Source: Kudoa neothunni | Lineage: Eukaryota > Animalia > Cnidaria | NCBI GenBank assembly: GCA_964304625.1 | Contig: OZ199839.1 | Span: 7,711,166-7,775,165, forward strand | Length of the DNA stretch: 64,000 nucleotides | Reading direction: 5' to 3' | Shown: one piece after another, positions 24,292 to 35,609 of the stretch | How the letters are laid out: every line of letters begins with the position of its first letter | How positions within the stretch are numbered: position 1 is the first letter of the stretch | The notes under the pieces: model-generated | The model's database searches: none | What the model saw: only the letters and a program-made list of their open reading frames with translations | Told to the model about the DNA's origin: nothing | Translations under genes and position numbers: made by a program

Positions 24292-24401
24292 AAGTTTTTT
24301 CGAGTTTTTTCTTGTACTCTGGAACAAAGTAATTATTTTAGCTCGCGTCTGCTATAGTTTAATTGGCCATTTGACAACAATTCTAACGATATATAAGTTT
24401 A

Positions 24402-27400
24402 ATGTCTTACGCCTCTTTTTCGACTAGCGACCTCTCGAGGTGTATGTACATGTACTATGCTGCGTATTTAAGAGCTGGAGGAAAGGGTAAAACCTTACCT
24501 CCACTTTGTAAATGCGTAGCAGAATATGTGCGCTGCATGGAGAGACTAAAAATGTACTCTACGAGACTAGATTCTATTGATAATGGTGTGACTTTTACCG
24601 CAGGTCAACGTAAACGCGTTTTAAACGCGATTTCTCGTAATGAGACATCGAGAGAGATCATCCTAGACAAGTTTATGCAACTTGTTCAAAATGCAATTGA
24701 CTCCAATGAATTCATTGAGCAATTTTTAGAGGAGGATGGATCCGTTTATGTTGACTCCAGCTTGCGTCTCTACCCAAAATTAAACCATAAATATTCAACT
24801 TATGTAAACTCTTTAAATAAAGCAAATGAATCTACCTCAAATAATGTAAACAATCAATTTCTTCATGAGAATAACCCATCGGCTAACTCCTATAATAACA
24901 CTAATACAACCAACTTCCATGATAATAACGGCATAGAAAATAAATTACCTGATACTCTTTATCCTAACGCCAATTATAACTCTATTTCTAACTCTAATTC
25001 GCTCGAATATGACGTAGTTGAAGTATCGTCGGCCCACGACGATATTGACGATGAATCAGCAGCGATAATTGACATCCATAAGGATTTACTTTCTAAACGT
25101 CCTAGCTCTAAAAACCATCTAACATCTAAAATTAAATACGCATCGCTAAATCCATCAGAGAAATTTGTTGTAATTGAAGAAGATAACAATGCATTAATTC
25201 ATCCACTTGATAATAATAATCCGATAGACAACCCCTCTGATGACTCGGTGCATGCATCCGATGATGACGATTGGTTATTTGAACACTTAAATCAACCTAT
25301 TTATAACTTAAATTACTCCCATAGCAATCGTTCGCCAATTGACACGTCGCCTAATGGTAATATTAAAACTAACGACCATGTCATTAACACTAACGACAAC
25401 ACTAACCTAACTAATGCTATTCATATCGATTCAATCTCTATATTAGACCTCTCTACTGCCCCTAGTGCTCGTAACAGTCCTAATATTAACATTGATTTAA
25501 ATCTCGATCCAATTTCTAAAAAACTTATTCGTGACATTATCACAATCTCTCCTAAGAATAACCATTATAATAATTGCTCACCAACTACTAGTCCTCTAAC
25601 ATCAAATTCTAACGAAGATGTAATATGCAATAATCCAACAAATAATGTTAATATCGATTCAACTGTTAATGATGACAATAACCCATTAAATGCGCAAACT
25701 AAAAATCCATTAACGATAAATGCCGACGCATCATCTATTAACAATACCACAAACGACTCTAATACAAAGTCATCTATTTCTAATCCTACCATTAACAATT
25801 CCAATTCTGCCATTAACAATTCCAATGCTACACATTTAAACAACTCTTCGACCGCAAATACTAAAAACGATGTTATGCGCAATCAGCCGACCACGACAAA
25901 CGGTAGAACAAGTGATACTCACTCCGATAATTCTACCAGGTCAAAATCAAACTTAACATTAAACCCCATTAAGCTGAATACAACGAACGCAAACTCAAGC
26001 AATATTAACCACCATAAAGCCGAGTCAGTAACATTTTCTACTGTGACTGACGATGACAGCACAACTTGTAACTTTCACATTGTGACTAATTCCACACTTA
26101 AAAAACCAAATATACTAATTGAAAATCCAAATAGTAGCAGTAATGATTTAAATAATATCTCAATTAACATAGCTAACAATTCTAAAAATAATATCACTAC
26201 TAATAATACTCGCTATAATCCCACTAGTTGTATCAACACTAGTGATGCCACCACTAATAATAACCAAAAAGATGAAAATAATGGTGATGCCATCCCCAAT
26301 ATTAGTAATACTGACAATATCATTGATAATAAAGATAATGAAAACACTAATAGAAATATGGTGGATGATGAAAATATTAATAATAATCTAGATACTCTAA
26401 ATAATAGTAATAATAATAATAAAATTCCGGTAACTAAAAATAAAATAAACTACTCTTCCGTCGCTAACCCTAACACAATTTCGAGCAATATAACTAATGT
26501 CTCCTTAATTTCTAACAATACTAAAAGCGATAATAATAATCAAACCTCTGACAATCAGTTGGATGATAATACCAAAGCTAAAATTAATTCTAATTCGAAC
26601 CCCAATTCTGCAAATTTAAATAGCCAGCCAAATTCTAAAGATTATAACAAGACATCTAAATCCCTCATTAATCAATCTAATTCTAAAAATGCCAATAACG
26701 AAATTAAACATGGCCCTATAAACCTAAATAACCACCCTAACTCTTACACGTCCCCCAACGAGAAGTTTGACGGACACAATCAGTTCCACGTATCAAATAT
26801 TCAGCCGACAAAAAGAAGACAAGTTAACCACAAATCACCTCCTAAATCCAAAATTATGAAAACTGAAGACTGCTCCCTGTCCAACCAACAAATATGCCAA
26901 ATCGATGAATTATCAATCCCACTAGATCTCAATACACAAGATATTGAAGAATTTATCTCAGAACAACGCACGAAGAATTTCCAAAATGAACAAACACAAA
27001 TAATCTCGGATTGCACCCCAAATTCCGATGAAACAGAAAAAACCACAAAATATCCCAACGTAACTGTGAATCCAAACTTCAAAATTGATATAAAGGACTT
27101 TGGAACCTCTAAGAACGACAAACAAATGCACCAACTCATGCGGCAATTGAAGAAAGCTAATCAAGACATCAACTCACCACTTTCATCAGAAACTGATCAA
27201 TCCACCGTTGAACAACAACAAACAGATTCTCAACCTATCTCCAGTGGCTACCAAGATGCCCCATCTACAAACGGAAATTCAAAATTCATCCCTGAAAACA
27301 TCTACTCACCATCTATGGGCTTAGACGCAATTTTCAACATAAAATCGGCGCTAAAACCAACTCCTAAAACTCCATCTTCAATTGAAACACAAAATAACAC

Positions 27401-30400
27401 AAACAAAAACTCTCTAATGGAAGATTCAATCAAATCCATTATACAAACCCATAAATCAAAAATTAACAACCCATTCCCCAAAGTCCAGACAAAACAACAC
27501 TTCATCCCTAATTCTAAAAAACAAATAAATGCCAACTTCCAATCGTCAAAAGATAATCCTACCCGCAACAATAAACCAAGCAGAAAATGCAAAAATCCTA
27601 ACCTAATTCCATATAATCAATCACACCCTCAAAATCCTCAAAATTCCCAAAAATCAAAAATACCTAACAACCACCTTGAGCTATCTGATATCGACACAAA
27701 CGGTGAATCAGACGATCTTCCCATCCGCCCTCCTAAAAATCCAAGCTCCAATCCTCCAACTGCCTCCAAACCCAATGAATCAATTATAAATCTAAGTAAA
27801 GGCATCCAATCCCAACCAAGTGCGAACGAACTGGAGAACCCACAAGCATTCACCCAAACTGAAATCCCTGACCAAAACTATCCTGACCTATATGACCAAA
27901 AATCAAAATTAAATGAAAAAGCCGAAGCATGTGTAAGGGAACTTCAAGCGCTTATGTGCAAAGCAAACGACATACCTGCAGATGAACTTTATAACGACTT
28001 CATCGCTCTGGCCACAGTTCAAGCACAATCCCTAAAAATGCACTACATTCCTAAATACAAACCCAGAACACCTCCCAAAAACATCAACAAAACAACAATA
28101 AACCCAGAAAATCCCCATTCTCAACCAAACACTAACCCTTCGCCTTCTTCTTCTTCCTCACCATCATCTTCTCAACATTCAAACTATCCTAACATTCAAT
28201 CTCAAAATACATCTCAACCCCAACACTCATCCAACCAACAGCAAGAATCATCAACAAACCCTTGGAATAACAAAGAAGCTAGACGTCTCCGCTCCCTCTT
28301 CAAATTAAACACGAAGAAATGCGTACGAGAAATAACTCAACCTATCCCTAAATGGTGTCAACTAACAGCCAACCAAATCTCAGAATCCCTCACCTTACCT
28401 CTGCCAACGGTTCCTGAATTATTTCAACAAGAACTACCAGACATTCCACAACACCTCATTGCAAACAAGATCTTCTCATCCACAAAATCACAATCTTCAC
28501 AGCAACCCACGACAAACTCACAAAGTAGTTTTCCAGCTCTCACCACTCAAGATACCAATCAAAACGACTTTGCCACTGACGAGGACGAATTCATAAACGA
28601 AGACTCCCAACACTCTAACAATAACTCCACAACAACTCCTCAACCAACAAATAACCCAAACAACCACCACAATCCGCAAGATGTATACCACTCCTCAATC
28701 CACTCTAACACACATCATCTCACCATGGACGAAGTGATGGCCGCTGTCTTCAAAGCAAAACAAGATACCAGTACCGGACCCGACGGCATCCAGATGAAAT
28801 TTTGGAAGAAACTTCCAAACATCTCTTCTGTGCTACATCCCTTGTTTAACAAAATTTTGGACAGTGGCAAAGTCCCCCAACAGTGGCTCTCATCAAGACT
28901 GGTTATGATTCCAAAAGAAGAAAACGCCAACACACTCTCAGCCGGCGACTATAGACCCATATGCATTACTCAATGTATATACCGAATCTTCATGTCCGCA
29001 GTCAACTCCCATCTAAAAGAGTTTATCACACTCTCACCCAACCAAAAGGGCTTCCAATCTGGAGATGGCTGCGTGGAACACTCCTTCATGCTCCAACAAA
29101 TTCTCGATGACCACCGCAACACAAAAAAGAGAAAGTCCCTGTATATACATTGGATAGACCTCAGAAAAGCTTTTGACCACGTTCCACACTGGATGATCCA
29201 CAATATGCTAAAGAAAAAAGATGTCCCTATCCAATACACCAACCTAATTGAACACCTATATGCCAACTCATATAATGTCATAAAAGACCAATACGGAAAC
29301 GTTGCCAATCACCATCTAAACGGAAGAGGAGTAAGACAAGGTTGCCCCCTCTCACCCGCACTTTTCAACTTGGTAATCGACCCTTATCTACGTCTCGCTG
29401 AAGAACTAGATGCCGGTTACAAACACGACAATACAGAAAATCCAATATCCGTCCTTGCTTATGCTGACGACCTAATTCTCATCTCAGACACGGCGGAAAA
29501 ATCGCAACTTCTTCTAGACAAACTCCAAGAATTCCTCCGACTCACAGACATGTCTGTCAACCTCAACAAATGCTCAACCCTCATCTCTTCGTATAAATAC
29601 GGACGTAGAATCATAAATGACCCCAAATTCCACCAACCACTCACTCTGTCCAACGATTCGATTCCATTTCTTGATGAACCCGGTTTCTATAAATACCTAG
29701 GTACAAACAAAAACCTCCAAACATTCCAAGACATTCAACCAGTGACCACAAAATTCACCCATCACCTAACAAAAGTGTCTGAATCCTTTTTATATCCCCA
29801 CATGAAACTACATATCCTCAAAATCTATCTACTACCAATGTTAGAATACACCATGAAAACCACCCAACTACGGATTGAAGATCTTAAAAGATTAGACGCC
29901 TTCGTGATCAAACACATTAAATCCTGGTATAACCTACCAAACTATACGAGCAAACCATTTTTCTCCACACCTTCCAAACTTGGCGGACTTGGCATTCGTA
30001 ATCTACAAGACGACTACAAAGCTCTACGGCTGTCATCTGTGATCTCACTGCTGAATAGCGACGATGACCGTATTGAACTGCTGGCTCAATCGACACTCAA
30101 AGCTGTAATCGACCGACGCCAATCCGAAGACAGGCCACTCTCTCCGATCGACTTTCTAAATCTTGACGACGCGATCCCCTCAAATATCACCATACGAGAT
30201 GTAAAATCAATCTTCACCACAATCCGCCTATACCGAAAATCCCTAAAAATCCAACTTATAAATAACTCCAACAACAACCAATACTCCATCAAGTTTGACG
30301 CCTCATCTCTGAAAAAACCCACTTGCGCCTTCCAAAATAGATTCCTCACCCCATCCAGAGTAAAACTCCTACGCTGGCACCTTCAACAACAATCATACGA

Positions 30401-31118
30401 AGAATGGTCCCAACAAGTCCTACAAGGCAACCACGTTGAAAGCATCTCCGCAGATAAAACCTCAAACTCTTGGATTACAAACGGCCAAATTAAAGTAACC
30501 TCGGCCAAGTTCTCCATCAAGGCGAGACTAAATATCTGCCCATCCAACCTCCACCTATACAAACTCAAACTAACCCCATCCCCAAGCTGCAGAAGATGCC
30601 CTGCCGATATTGAATCTATCGGACACATCATCAACGCATGTCCTTCTAACCTAAACCAAATAATGCATCGCCACAATAAAGTCCTGGACTTTATTTTCTC
30701 GAAAATAAAGCTCAAGAGAAACTGGGTGCTGTTCAAAGATCAAGAATTCCTCACCACGTCCTCAAGAAGACCGGATTTAGTACTGATCAATGAATTCTCA
30801 CACAAAGCAATACTGATAGATCTATCTATTCCCTTTGAAACATCGACTGAGAGGCTCATGCAGATTCGTGACAACAAAACAGACAAATACAACACAGAGA
30901 AAAACACACTAGAACAAATGCACTACGAGGTAAGTTGTTATGCGCTAGTATTTGGTTCTCTAGGTAGTCACATCAAATCCAACGAAGAGGTATACAAGCT
31001 CCTGGGTATACCAAAAAAGAAAATAAAGCGGCTAAAGAAATCCATCACGACCACCATCCTTGAAGAGAGTCATGCTATCTTCAAGGCCCACACCGCTGTC
31101 ACAAGCTCCCAACAATGA
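24402..31118 (+). CDS. Family B retrotransposon protein (2238 aa; RT, CCHC, RLE)
   Basis: STGPDGI, YRPI, QKGF, WIDLRKAFD, GVRQGCPLSPALFN, YADD (29460-29471), YKYLG, CRRC-x8-H-x4-C, RHN, RRPDLV..LIDLSI...KTDKY. Confidence 0.95.
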   Translation: MSYASFSTSDLSRCMYMYYAAYLRAGGKGKTLPPLCKCVAEYVRCMERLKMYSTRLDSIDNGVTFTAGQRKRVLNAISRNETSREIILDKFMQLVQNAIDSNEFIEQFLEEDGSVYVDSSLRLYPKLNHKYSTYVNSLNKANESTSNNVNNQFLHENNPSANSYNNTNTTNFHDNNGIENKLPDTLYPNANYNSISNSNSLEYDVVEVSSAHDDIDDESAAIIDIHKDLLSKRPSSKNHLTSKIKYASLNPSEKFVVIEEDNNALIHPLDNNNPIDNPSDDSVHASDDDDWLFEHLNQPIYNLNYSHSNRSPIDTSPNGNIKTNDHVINTNDNTNLTNAIHIDSISILDLSTAPSARNSPNINIDLNLDPISKKLIRDIITISPKNNHYNNCSPTTSPLTSNSNEDVICNNPTNNVNIDSTVNDDNNPLNAQTKNPLTINADASSINNTTNDSNTKSSISNPTINNSNSAINNSNATHLNNSSTANTKNDVMRNQPTTTNGRTSDTHSDNSTRSKSNLTLNPIKLNTTNANSSNINHHKAESVTFSTVTDDDSTTCNFHIVTNSTLKKPNILIENPNSSSNDLNNISINIANNSKNNITTNNTRYNPTSCINTSDATTNNNQKDENNGDAIPNISNTDNIIDNKDNENTNRNMVDDENINNNLDTLNNSNNNNKIPVTKNKINYSSVANPNTISSNITNVSLISNNTKSDNNNQTSDNQLDDNTKAKINSNSNPNSANLNSQPNSKDYNKTSKSLINQSNSKNANNEIKHGPINLNNHPNSYTSPNEKFDGHNQFHVSNIQPTKRRQVNHKSPPKSKIMKTEDCSLSNQQICQIDELSIPLDLNTQDIEEFISEQRTKNFQNEQTQIISDCTPNSDETEKTTKYPNVTVNPNFKIDIKDFGTSKNDKQMHQLMRQLKKANQDINSPLSSETDQSTVEQQQTDSQPISSGYQDAPSTNGNSKFIPENIYSPSMGLDAIFNIKSALKPTPKTPSSIETQNNTNKNSLMEDSIKSIIQTHKSKINNPFPKVQTKQHFIPNSKKQINANFQSSKDNPTRNNKPSRKCKNPNLIPYNQSHPQNPQNSQKSKIPNNHLELSDIDTNGESDDLPIRPPKNPSSNPPTASKPNESIINLSKGIQSQPSANELENPQAFTQTEIPDQNYPDLYDQKSKLNEKAEACVRELQALMCKANDIPADELYNDFIALATVQAQSLKMHYIPKYKPRTPPKNINKTTINPENPHSQPNTNPSPSSSSSPSSSQHSNYPNIQSQNTSQPQHSSNQQQESSTNPWNNKEARRLRSLFKLNTKKCVREITQPIPKWCQLTANQISESLTLPLPTVPELFQQELPDIPQHLIANKIFSSTKSQSSQQPTTNSQSSFPALTTQDTNQNDFATDEDEFINEDSQHSNNNSTTTPQPTNNPNNHHNPQDVYHSSIHSNTHHLTMDEVMAAVFKAKQDTSTGPDGIQMKFWKKLPNISSVLHPLFNKILDSGKVPQQWLSSRLVMIPKEENANTLSAGDYRPICITQCIYRIFMSAVNSHLKEFITLSPNQKGFQSGDGCVEHSFMLQQILDDHRNTKKRKSLYIHWIDLRKAFDHVPHWMIHNMLKKKDVPIQYTNLIEHLYANSYNVIKDQYGNVANHHLNGRGVRQGCPLSPALFNLVIDPYLRLAEELDAGYKHDNTENPISVLAYADDLILISDTAEKSQLLLDKLQEFLRLTDMSVNLNKCSTLISSYKYGRRIINDPKFHQPLTLSNDSIPFLDEPGFYKYLGTNKNLQTFQDIQPVTTKFTHHLTKVSESFLYPHMKLHILKIYLLPMLEYTMKTTQLRIEDLKRLDAFVIKHIKSWYNLPNYTSKPFFSTPSKLGGLGIRNLQDDYKALRLSSVISLLNSDDDRIELLAQSTLKAVIDRRQSEDRPLSPIDFLNLDDAIPSNITIRDVKSIFTTIRLYRKSLKIQLINNSNNNQYSIKFDASSLKKPTCAFQNRFLTPSRVKLLRWHLQQQSYEEWSQQVLQGNHVESISADKTSNSWITNGQIKVTSAKFSIKARLNICPSNLHLYKLKLTPSPSCRRCPADIESIGHIINACPSNLNQIMHRHNKVLDFIFSKIKLKRNWVLFKDQEFLTTSSRRPDLVLINEFSHKAILIDLSIPFETSTERLMQIRDNKTDKYNTEKNTLEQMHYEVSCYALVFGSLGSHIKSNEEVYKLLGIPKKKIKRLKKSITTTILEESHAIFKAHTAVTSSQQ

Positions 31119-31258
31119 AAACTCCATCCTCTAAAACGTCAAAACTATCAAAAATTCCACCCATAAAACAATCAACCCTTCATCGATCAACTCCAAAATA
31201 ACACAAACGTTACATTAGACTGAACTGTTTAGCTTTCGTAGCTTTATTTTGTATTATT

Positions 31259-31294
31259 ACCGGAAGGTTACGAGTTCGAACCTCGTTGGGGATG
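31259..31294 (+). pseudogene. tRNA-Asn 3' half (one mismatch, C72T)
   Basis: ACCGGAAGGTTACGAGTTCGAACCTCGTTGGGGATG. Confidence 0.9.
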
Positions 31295-31369
31295 ACGAAT
31301 CGTTGTTTATGCTCAATAACCAAAGTAATTAAATTAGTTCGCGATTGCTCACTTGATAACGATCCTAAC

Positions 31370-31727
31370 TATTGGGTATAGTGACCAACCGTACGATATC
31401 CGCCAAAAATCCGTAAACGATTTCAAGGGAACCAGAATTATCAGGAGGACCTACTCCGATTGCCAATAGAAGAGTAATGCGGTCAACCACAGAACGGTAC
31501 AAATCAAACGGGTAAAATTCACATAGGAATACCCAGAGATGAATGTACACATGTTCGGCAATCGGATGTAGGGTCCGCCTCATGGATGCGTTCTTTGGCC
31601 CTGCATTGAATCAGTTTTTGGCATCTCCCCATCACATATAATGCTACTTTTTACTAAAACTAGTATTCTTTTTTTTCGAGTCATTTTCATTTATTCTTTC
31701 TGCCGCGTGCACTCGAGGATAAACACA
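31370..31727. mobile_element. Solo LTR (358 bp) with 5-bp TSD
   Basis: Flanked by CTAAC (31365-31369 and 31728-31732) and ends ...AAACACA. Homologous to 60036-60208, which begins TGTTTGG. Confidence 0.75.
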
Positions 31728-34700
31728 CTAACGATATATAATTTTAATGTTCTACGCTTCTATTTCAACTAACGACCTCTCGAGATGTATGTACATGTAC
31801 TATGCTGCGTATTTAAGAGCTGGAGGAAAGGGTAAAACCTTACCTCCCACTTTGTAAAATGCGTAGCAGAGTATGTGCGCCGCATGGAGAGACTAAAAAT
31901 GTATTCTACAAGATTAAAATCTATAGATAATTGTGTGACTTTTACCGCAGGTCAACGAAAACGAGGTTTAAACGCAATTTCTCGTAATGAGACATCGAGA
32001 GAGATCATCCTAGACAAGTTTATGCAACTTGTTCAAAATGCAATTGACTCCAATGAATTCATTGAGCAATTTTTAGAGGAGGATGGATCCGTTTATGTGA
32101 CTCCAGCTTGCGTCTCTACCCAAAATTAAACCATAAATATTCAAATTATGTCAATTCTTTAAATAAATCCAATGAATCTACCTTAAATATTGTAAAAAAT
32201 CAATTTTCTTGTTAGAATACCTGAGGGATTCTGTTAAGATGAGTTAATGACCTTTATTTATCACTCATTAGAATCCCCAAGAGAGTAGTTAATTATGTCT
32301 TTATATAAAAACTATCATCTCAAAGTAGATTACTTGTATTTTTCTCATAATGTTACGAACACTAACTACAACAATTTTAACAATGGCGCATCGACTTCAA
32401 TAGAGGCCATCAACGGAGAGGAAGTTAAATCATGGATGTGGATATCAAAATTTGATCTCCTTTTATTACTTAAAGGCAGACCAGTCGGGAGATGGACTCT
32501 AAAACTATTAGTATCGTTATCTGGTAAAATATTCAAAATTGTTCAAGAAGCTGGATATAACATAAATTCAGTTTATGAAGATTTGAAATCTTATTTGATT
32601 ACCAGATTTGGTGAACATAAAGACAGTTATGTAGCCTTACGTGAATTCGCTGATTGCATACAAAAGACGAATCAAAGTTTGGTGGAAGTCGCTGAGGAAA
32701 TCCGACGTAAAGGGGAAGGATGCTTATGTAAATATGGATTCTTCCAGCTTGGATACAGTCCTAACAAATCAATTTATTCATGGAATCATTTTCGGACGAT
32801 ACCAGGAAAAATCTATGTAAAAGGGCCTGAAAATTTAGAACAGGCGTTCAATCTAGCCAAAAAATTGGAATATGCGTTACAAACAAATGGAAAGAACTGA
32901 AATTGAAATGGATTCTTCCGTAAACGTTTTAGCTACAATAATAAGGGATTCTGAATTGTTGAATCAATAATTAAAGATAATAAGTGCCTTGGAAGCAAAG
33001 AAAAAAGAAAGTTAATCGGTTCAGTTGTGGTAAACCTGGACATAGAAAAAATTGTTTGACCAAATCTTTTTCACAAGATAAATACTCTTGTCTTTTCTTT
33101 TTGTGCTGTGAAATTTGGGGTAAAATGGCTAAATCGTTGATTGATACTGGATCACAATCGTCTTAATGAAATATTCAATATTTAAATCACTTGTTTTAAT
33201 TAAATTGTCTAAATCTAATGAAAAAATATTTTCAGAAGGTGAACAAGAGGTTTATCTTATTGGAATTGCTGAATTGAACGTTATTGAGGGATTGAATAAT
33301 CGGTAGCAACAATTTATTGCATAACTGCATTTTTGGCATGGATGTCCCTCGAAAAATTGAATTTTAAAATGAACATTGTACAGAAGGAATTTGAATTGAG
33401 AAATAAATCTTCTAAGTCAATGTTGATAAAATGCAATGATCGTGATGAAAACAAACAAACTGATTTGATTCATCATAGAATAGATATTGGTGAGCATCTA
33501 CCAATTCGATATTTCAGATGAAGAATACCTCATCACAGAAAACCAATTATGGAGGAAATGATTAATATGTTAGAACGGGAATAATTGAAAACTCTACCAT
33601 CGAATGGGCTTCTAATGCCAATTTTTTCCAACGAAAAATGGGGAATTTCGATTGTGTATTGATTAAAGCAAGTTAAACATTACTGTTAATGATGTTTACC
33701 CTATACCACGTATACATGATATATTGGGATATGATTAATGGCTCTAAGTATTATAGTGTTTTGGATTTTAAAAGGTTATTATCAAATTCCAATTCATCCA
33801 AATGATAAAAAAAGACTGCATTTTATGGAGGTTAATGGTATATATATCAATATAAAATGATTCCATTTGGTCTATGTAACTCTCCGGCCACGTTCCAACG
33901 TTGTATGAATTATACATTGCGCGAATTTATTGGAAAGATACGTTTTTGTTTATTTGGATATATTATACTTGACAAGAGCCTGGAATTACACGAAAAGAAT
34001 GTCAAAGATATTATGGATACTTTAATTAGTGCTAATTTGAAAATTAATAGAGAACAATCAATATTTTTCAAAACCAATGTAAAAAATTCAAGGGTCACAT
34101 CATTGGTAACGACACAATTCAACCTGATTCCGAGAAAACGTAACTTATAAAAAATTTTCTGGCTCCTTCAATTGTAAAGGAATTACAAAGGTTTTTAGGT
34201 TTTGAAAATTAGTAATAGAAGGTTCGTTAAAGAATTCTCTACATTGGCAATTCCTATGTACGAGTTACTTGAAAAAGAAAACAAATAAGAATGGAGTAAA
34301 CAATGTGAGAATAGTTTTAACGCTCTTAAATCGTCGTTATTCAAATCGATCCAATCGAATATGCCCAATTTCAAATATTTATTTATACTCGATACTGACG
34401 CTAGCAATGAATCAATAGGAGGAATATTGTCCTAAATAGTTGATGGGAATTGAAAAACTGATTACATTTTCTAGTCGTTCATTACTGAACAGAGAGGAGA
34501 ATTACTGCATAACATGGAAAGAAATGCTGGCACTTGTAAATTTCATTAAATATTTTAAAACATATTTGATTGCAAAAAAAATTGCTGTGAGAACAGATCA
34601 TAATTCTCATAAATGGTTGTTATCATTTAAGAATTCCGAAGGTCAGGTAACAAGATGGTTGGAGCAACTCTCAGAATTTGATTTTGAAGTTGGCTATAGA

Positions 34701-35609
34701 CCAGGAAAAGGAAAAGATCATGCGAATGCTGATTCCATATCTAGACTGCCGAATGACGTTTCGTATTCTGCAATAATGATAAGTGGACTTCCAACAGAAA
34801 CTGTGAAGTCCGAACAAACGAATGATAATGTTACGAGTGAGGCTATCGATTGGTTGGAAAATAATAAAATGTCCAAACTACACCAAAATCTGAATGCAAC
34901 GAATTCAATCTTTTGGATGATTAGAAAAAGTTTCAAGTTGATCGATGATGTTTTGTATAGACAAATTGACGACGGTAAAAATAATAATCCTACATTGAGA
35001 TTGATTATTCCTACAAAGTTAAAAGGTTTAATACTTTCTCTGGCTCATGATGTAAAACATTTGGACATCTTGGCCATGATAAAGTAATCGAATCAATTAC
35101 GGATAGATCTTATTGGCTAAATAAACGGGAAAACATTAAAAATTGGTGTGAGCTGTGTTCTGAATGTGCAACTAGAAATAGAACTATCAACAAGTTTATA
35201 TCTGAACTTGATACGAACAACTCAAGTCATCCAATGGAAAGAATAACAACAGATATTATTGGACCTCTTGAGATAAAAAATAAAGGCAGTAGATTCATCC
35301 ATATTGTTCAGGATTATTTTACAAAATGGGCTGAAGTTTTTGCATTGAGAAACCAAGAAGTAGTTACCGTTAGCAACAAACCCATTAAAACGTGTTTTCT
35401 AGATTCGGAATTCCAAAATATATTCACACAGACCAAGGAACCAATTTCGAATCCAACCTGATACACAATATGTGTAATCTAATGGGGATTAAAATGACAA
35501 GAACGTGTCCATATAATCAAAAATCTGATGGAATGGTTGAGCGACTAAATAGAACTATTTGCGATATATTAAGTAAATGTGTGAAAAGGCATGGTGATTG
35601 GGACGAAAT

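Larger units (their letters stand above)
24256..31258 (+). mobile_element. Full-length RLE-type non-LTR retrotransposon, family B
   Basis: Bounded by tRNA 3' halves at 24256 and 31259, ends TTGTATTATT, and carries a single intact ORF. Confidence 0.9.
31259..32209 (+). mobile_element. Decayed family B copy (B'), 5' part; continues at 47676-48572
   Basis: 31728-32209 closely matches 24383-24862 with frameshifts. The copy is interrupted by a solo LTR and by a Gypsy element. Confidence 0.9.

Noticed and set aside
18529-30736. Antisense ORFs over the retrotransposons
   Set aside because: These are shadow ORFs opposite long coding sequence with biased composition, and they show no recognisable motifs.
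18618-31258. Full-length Pol III transcription of the elements from the tRNA promoter
   Set aside because: Both elements contain many T4-T6 runs on the sense strand, so uninterrupted Pol III read-through is unlikely. The polymerase used remains unknown.
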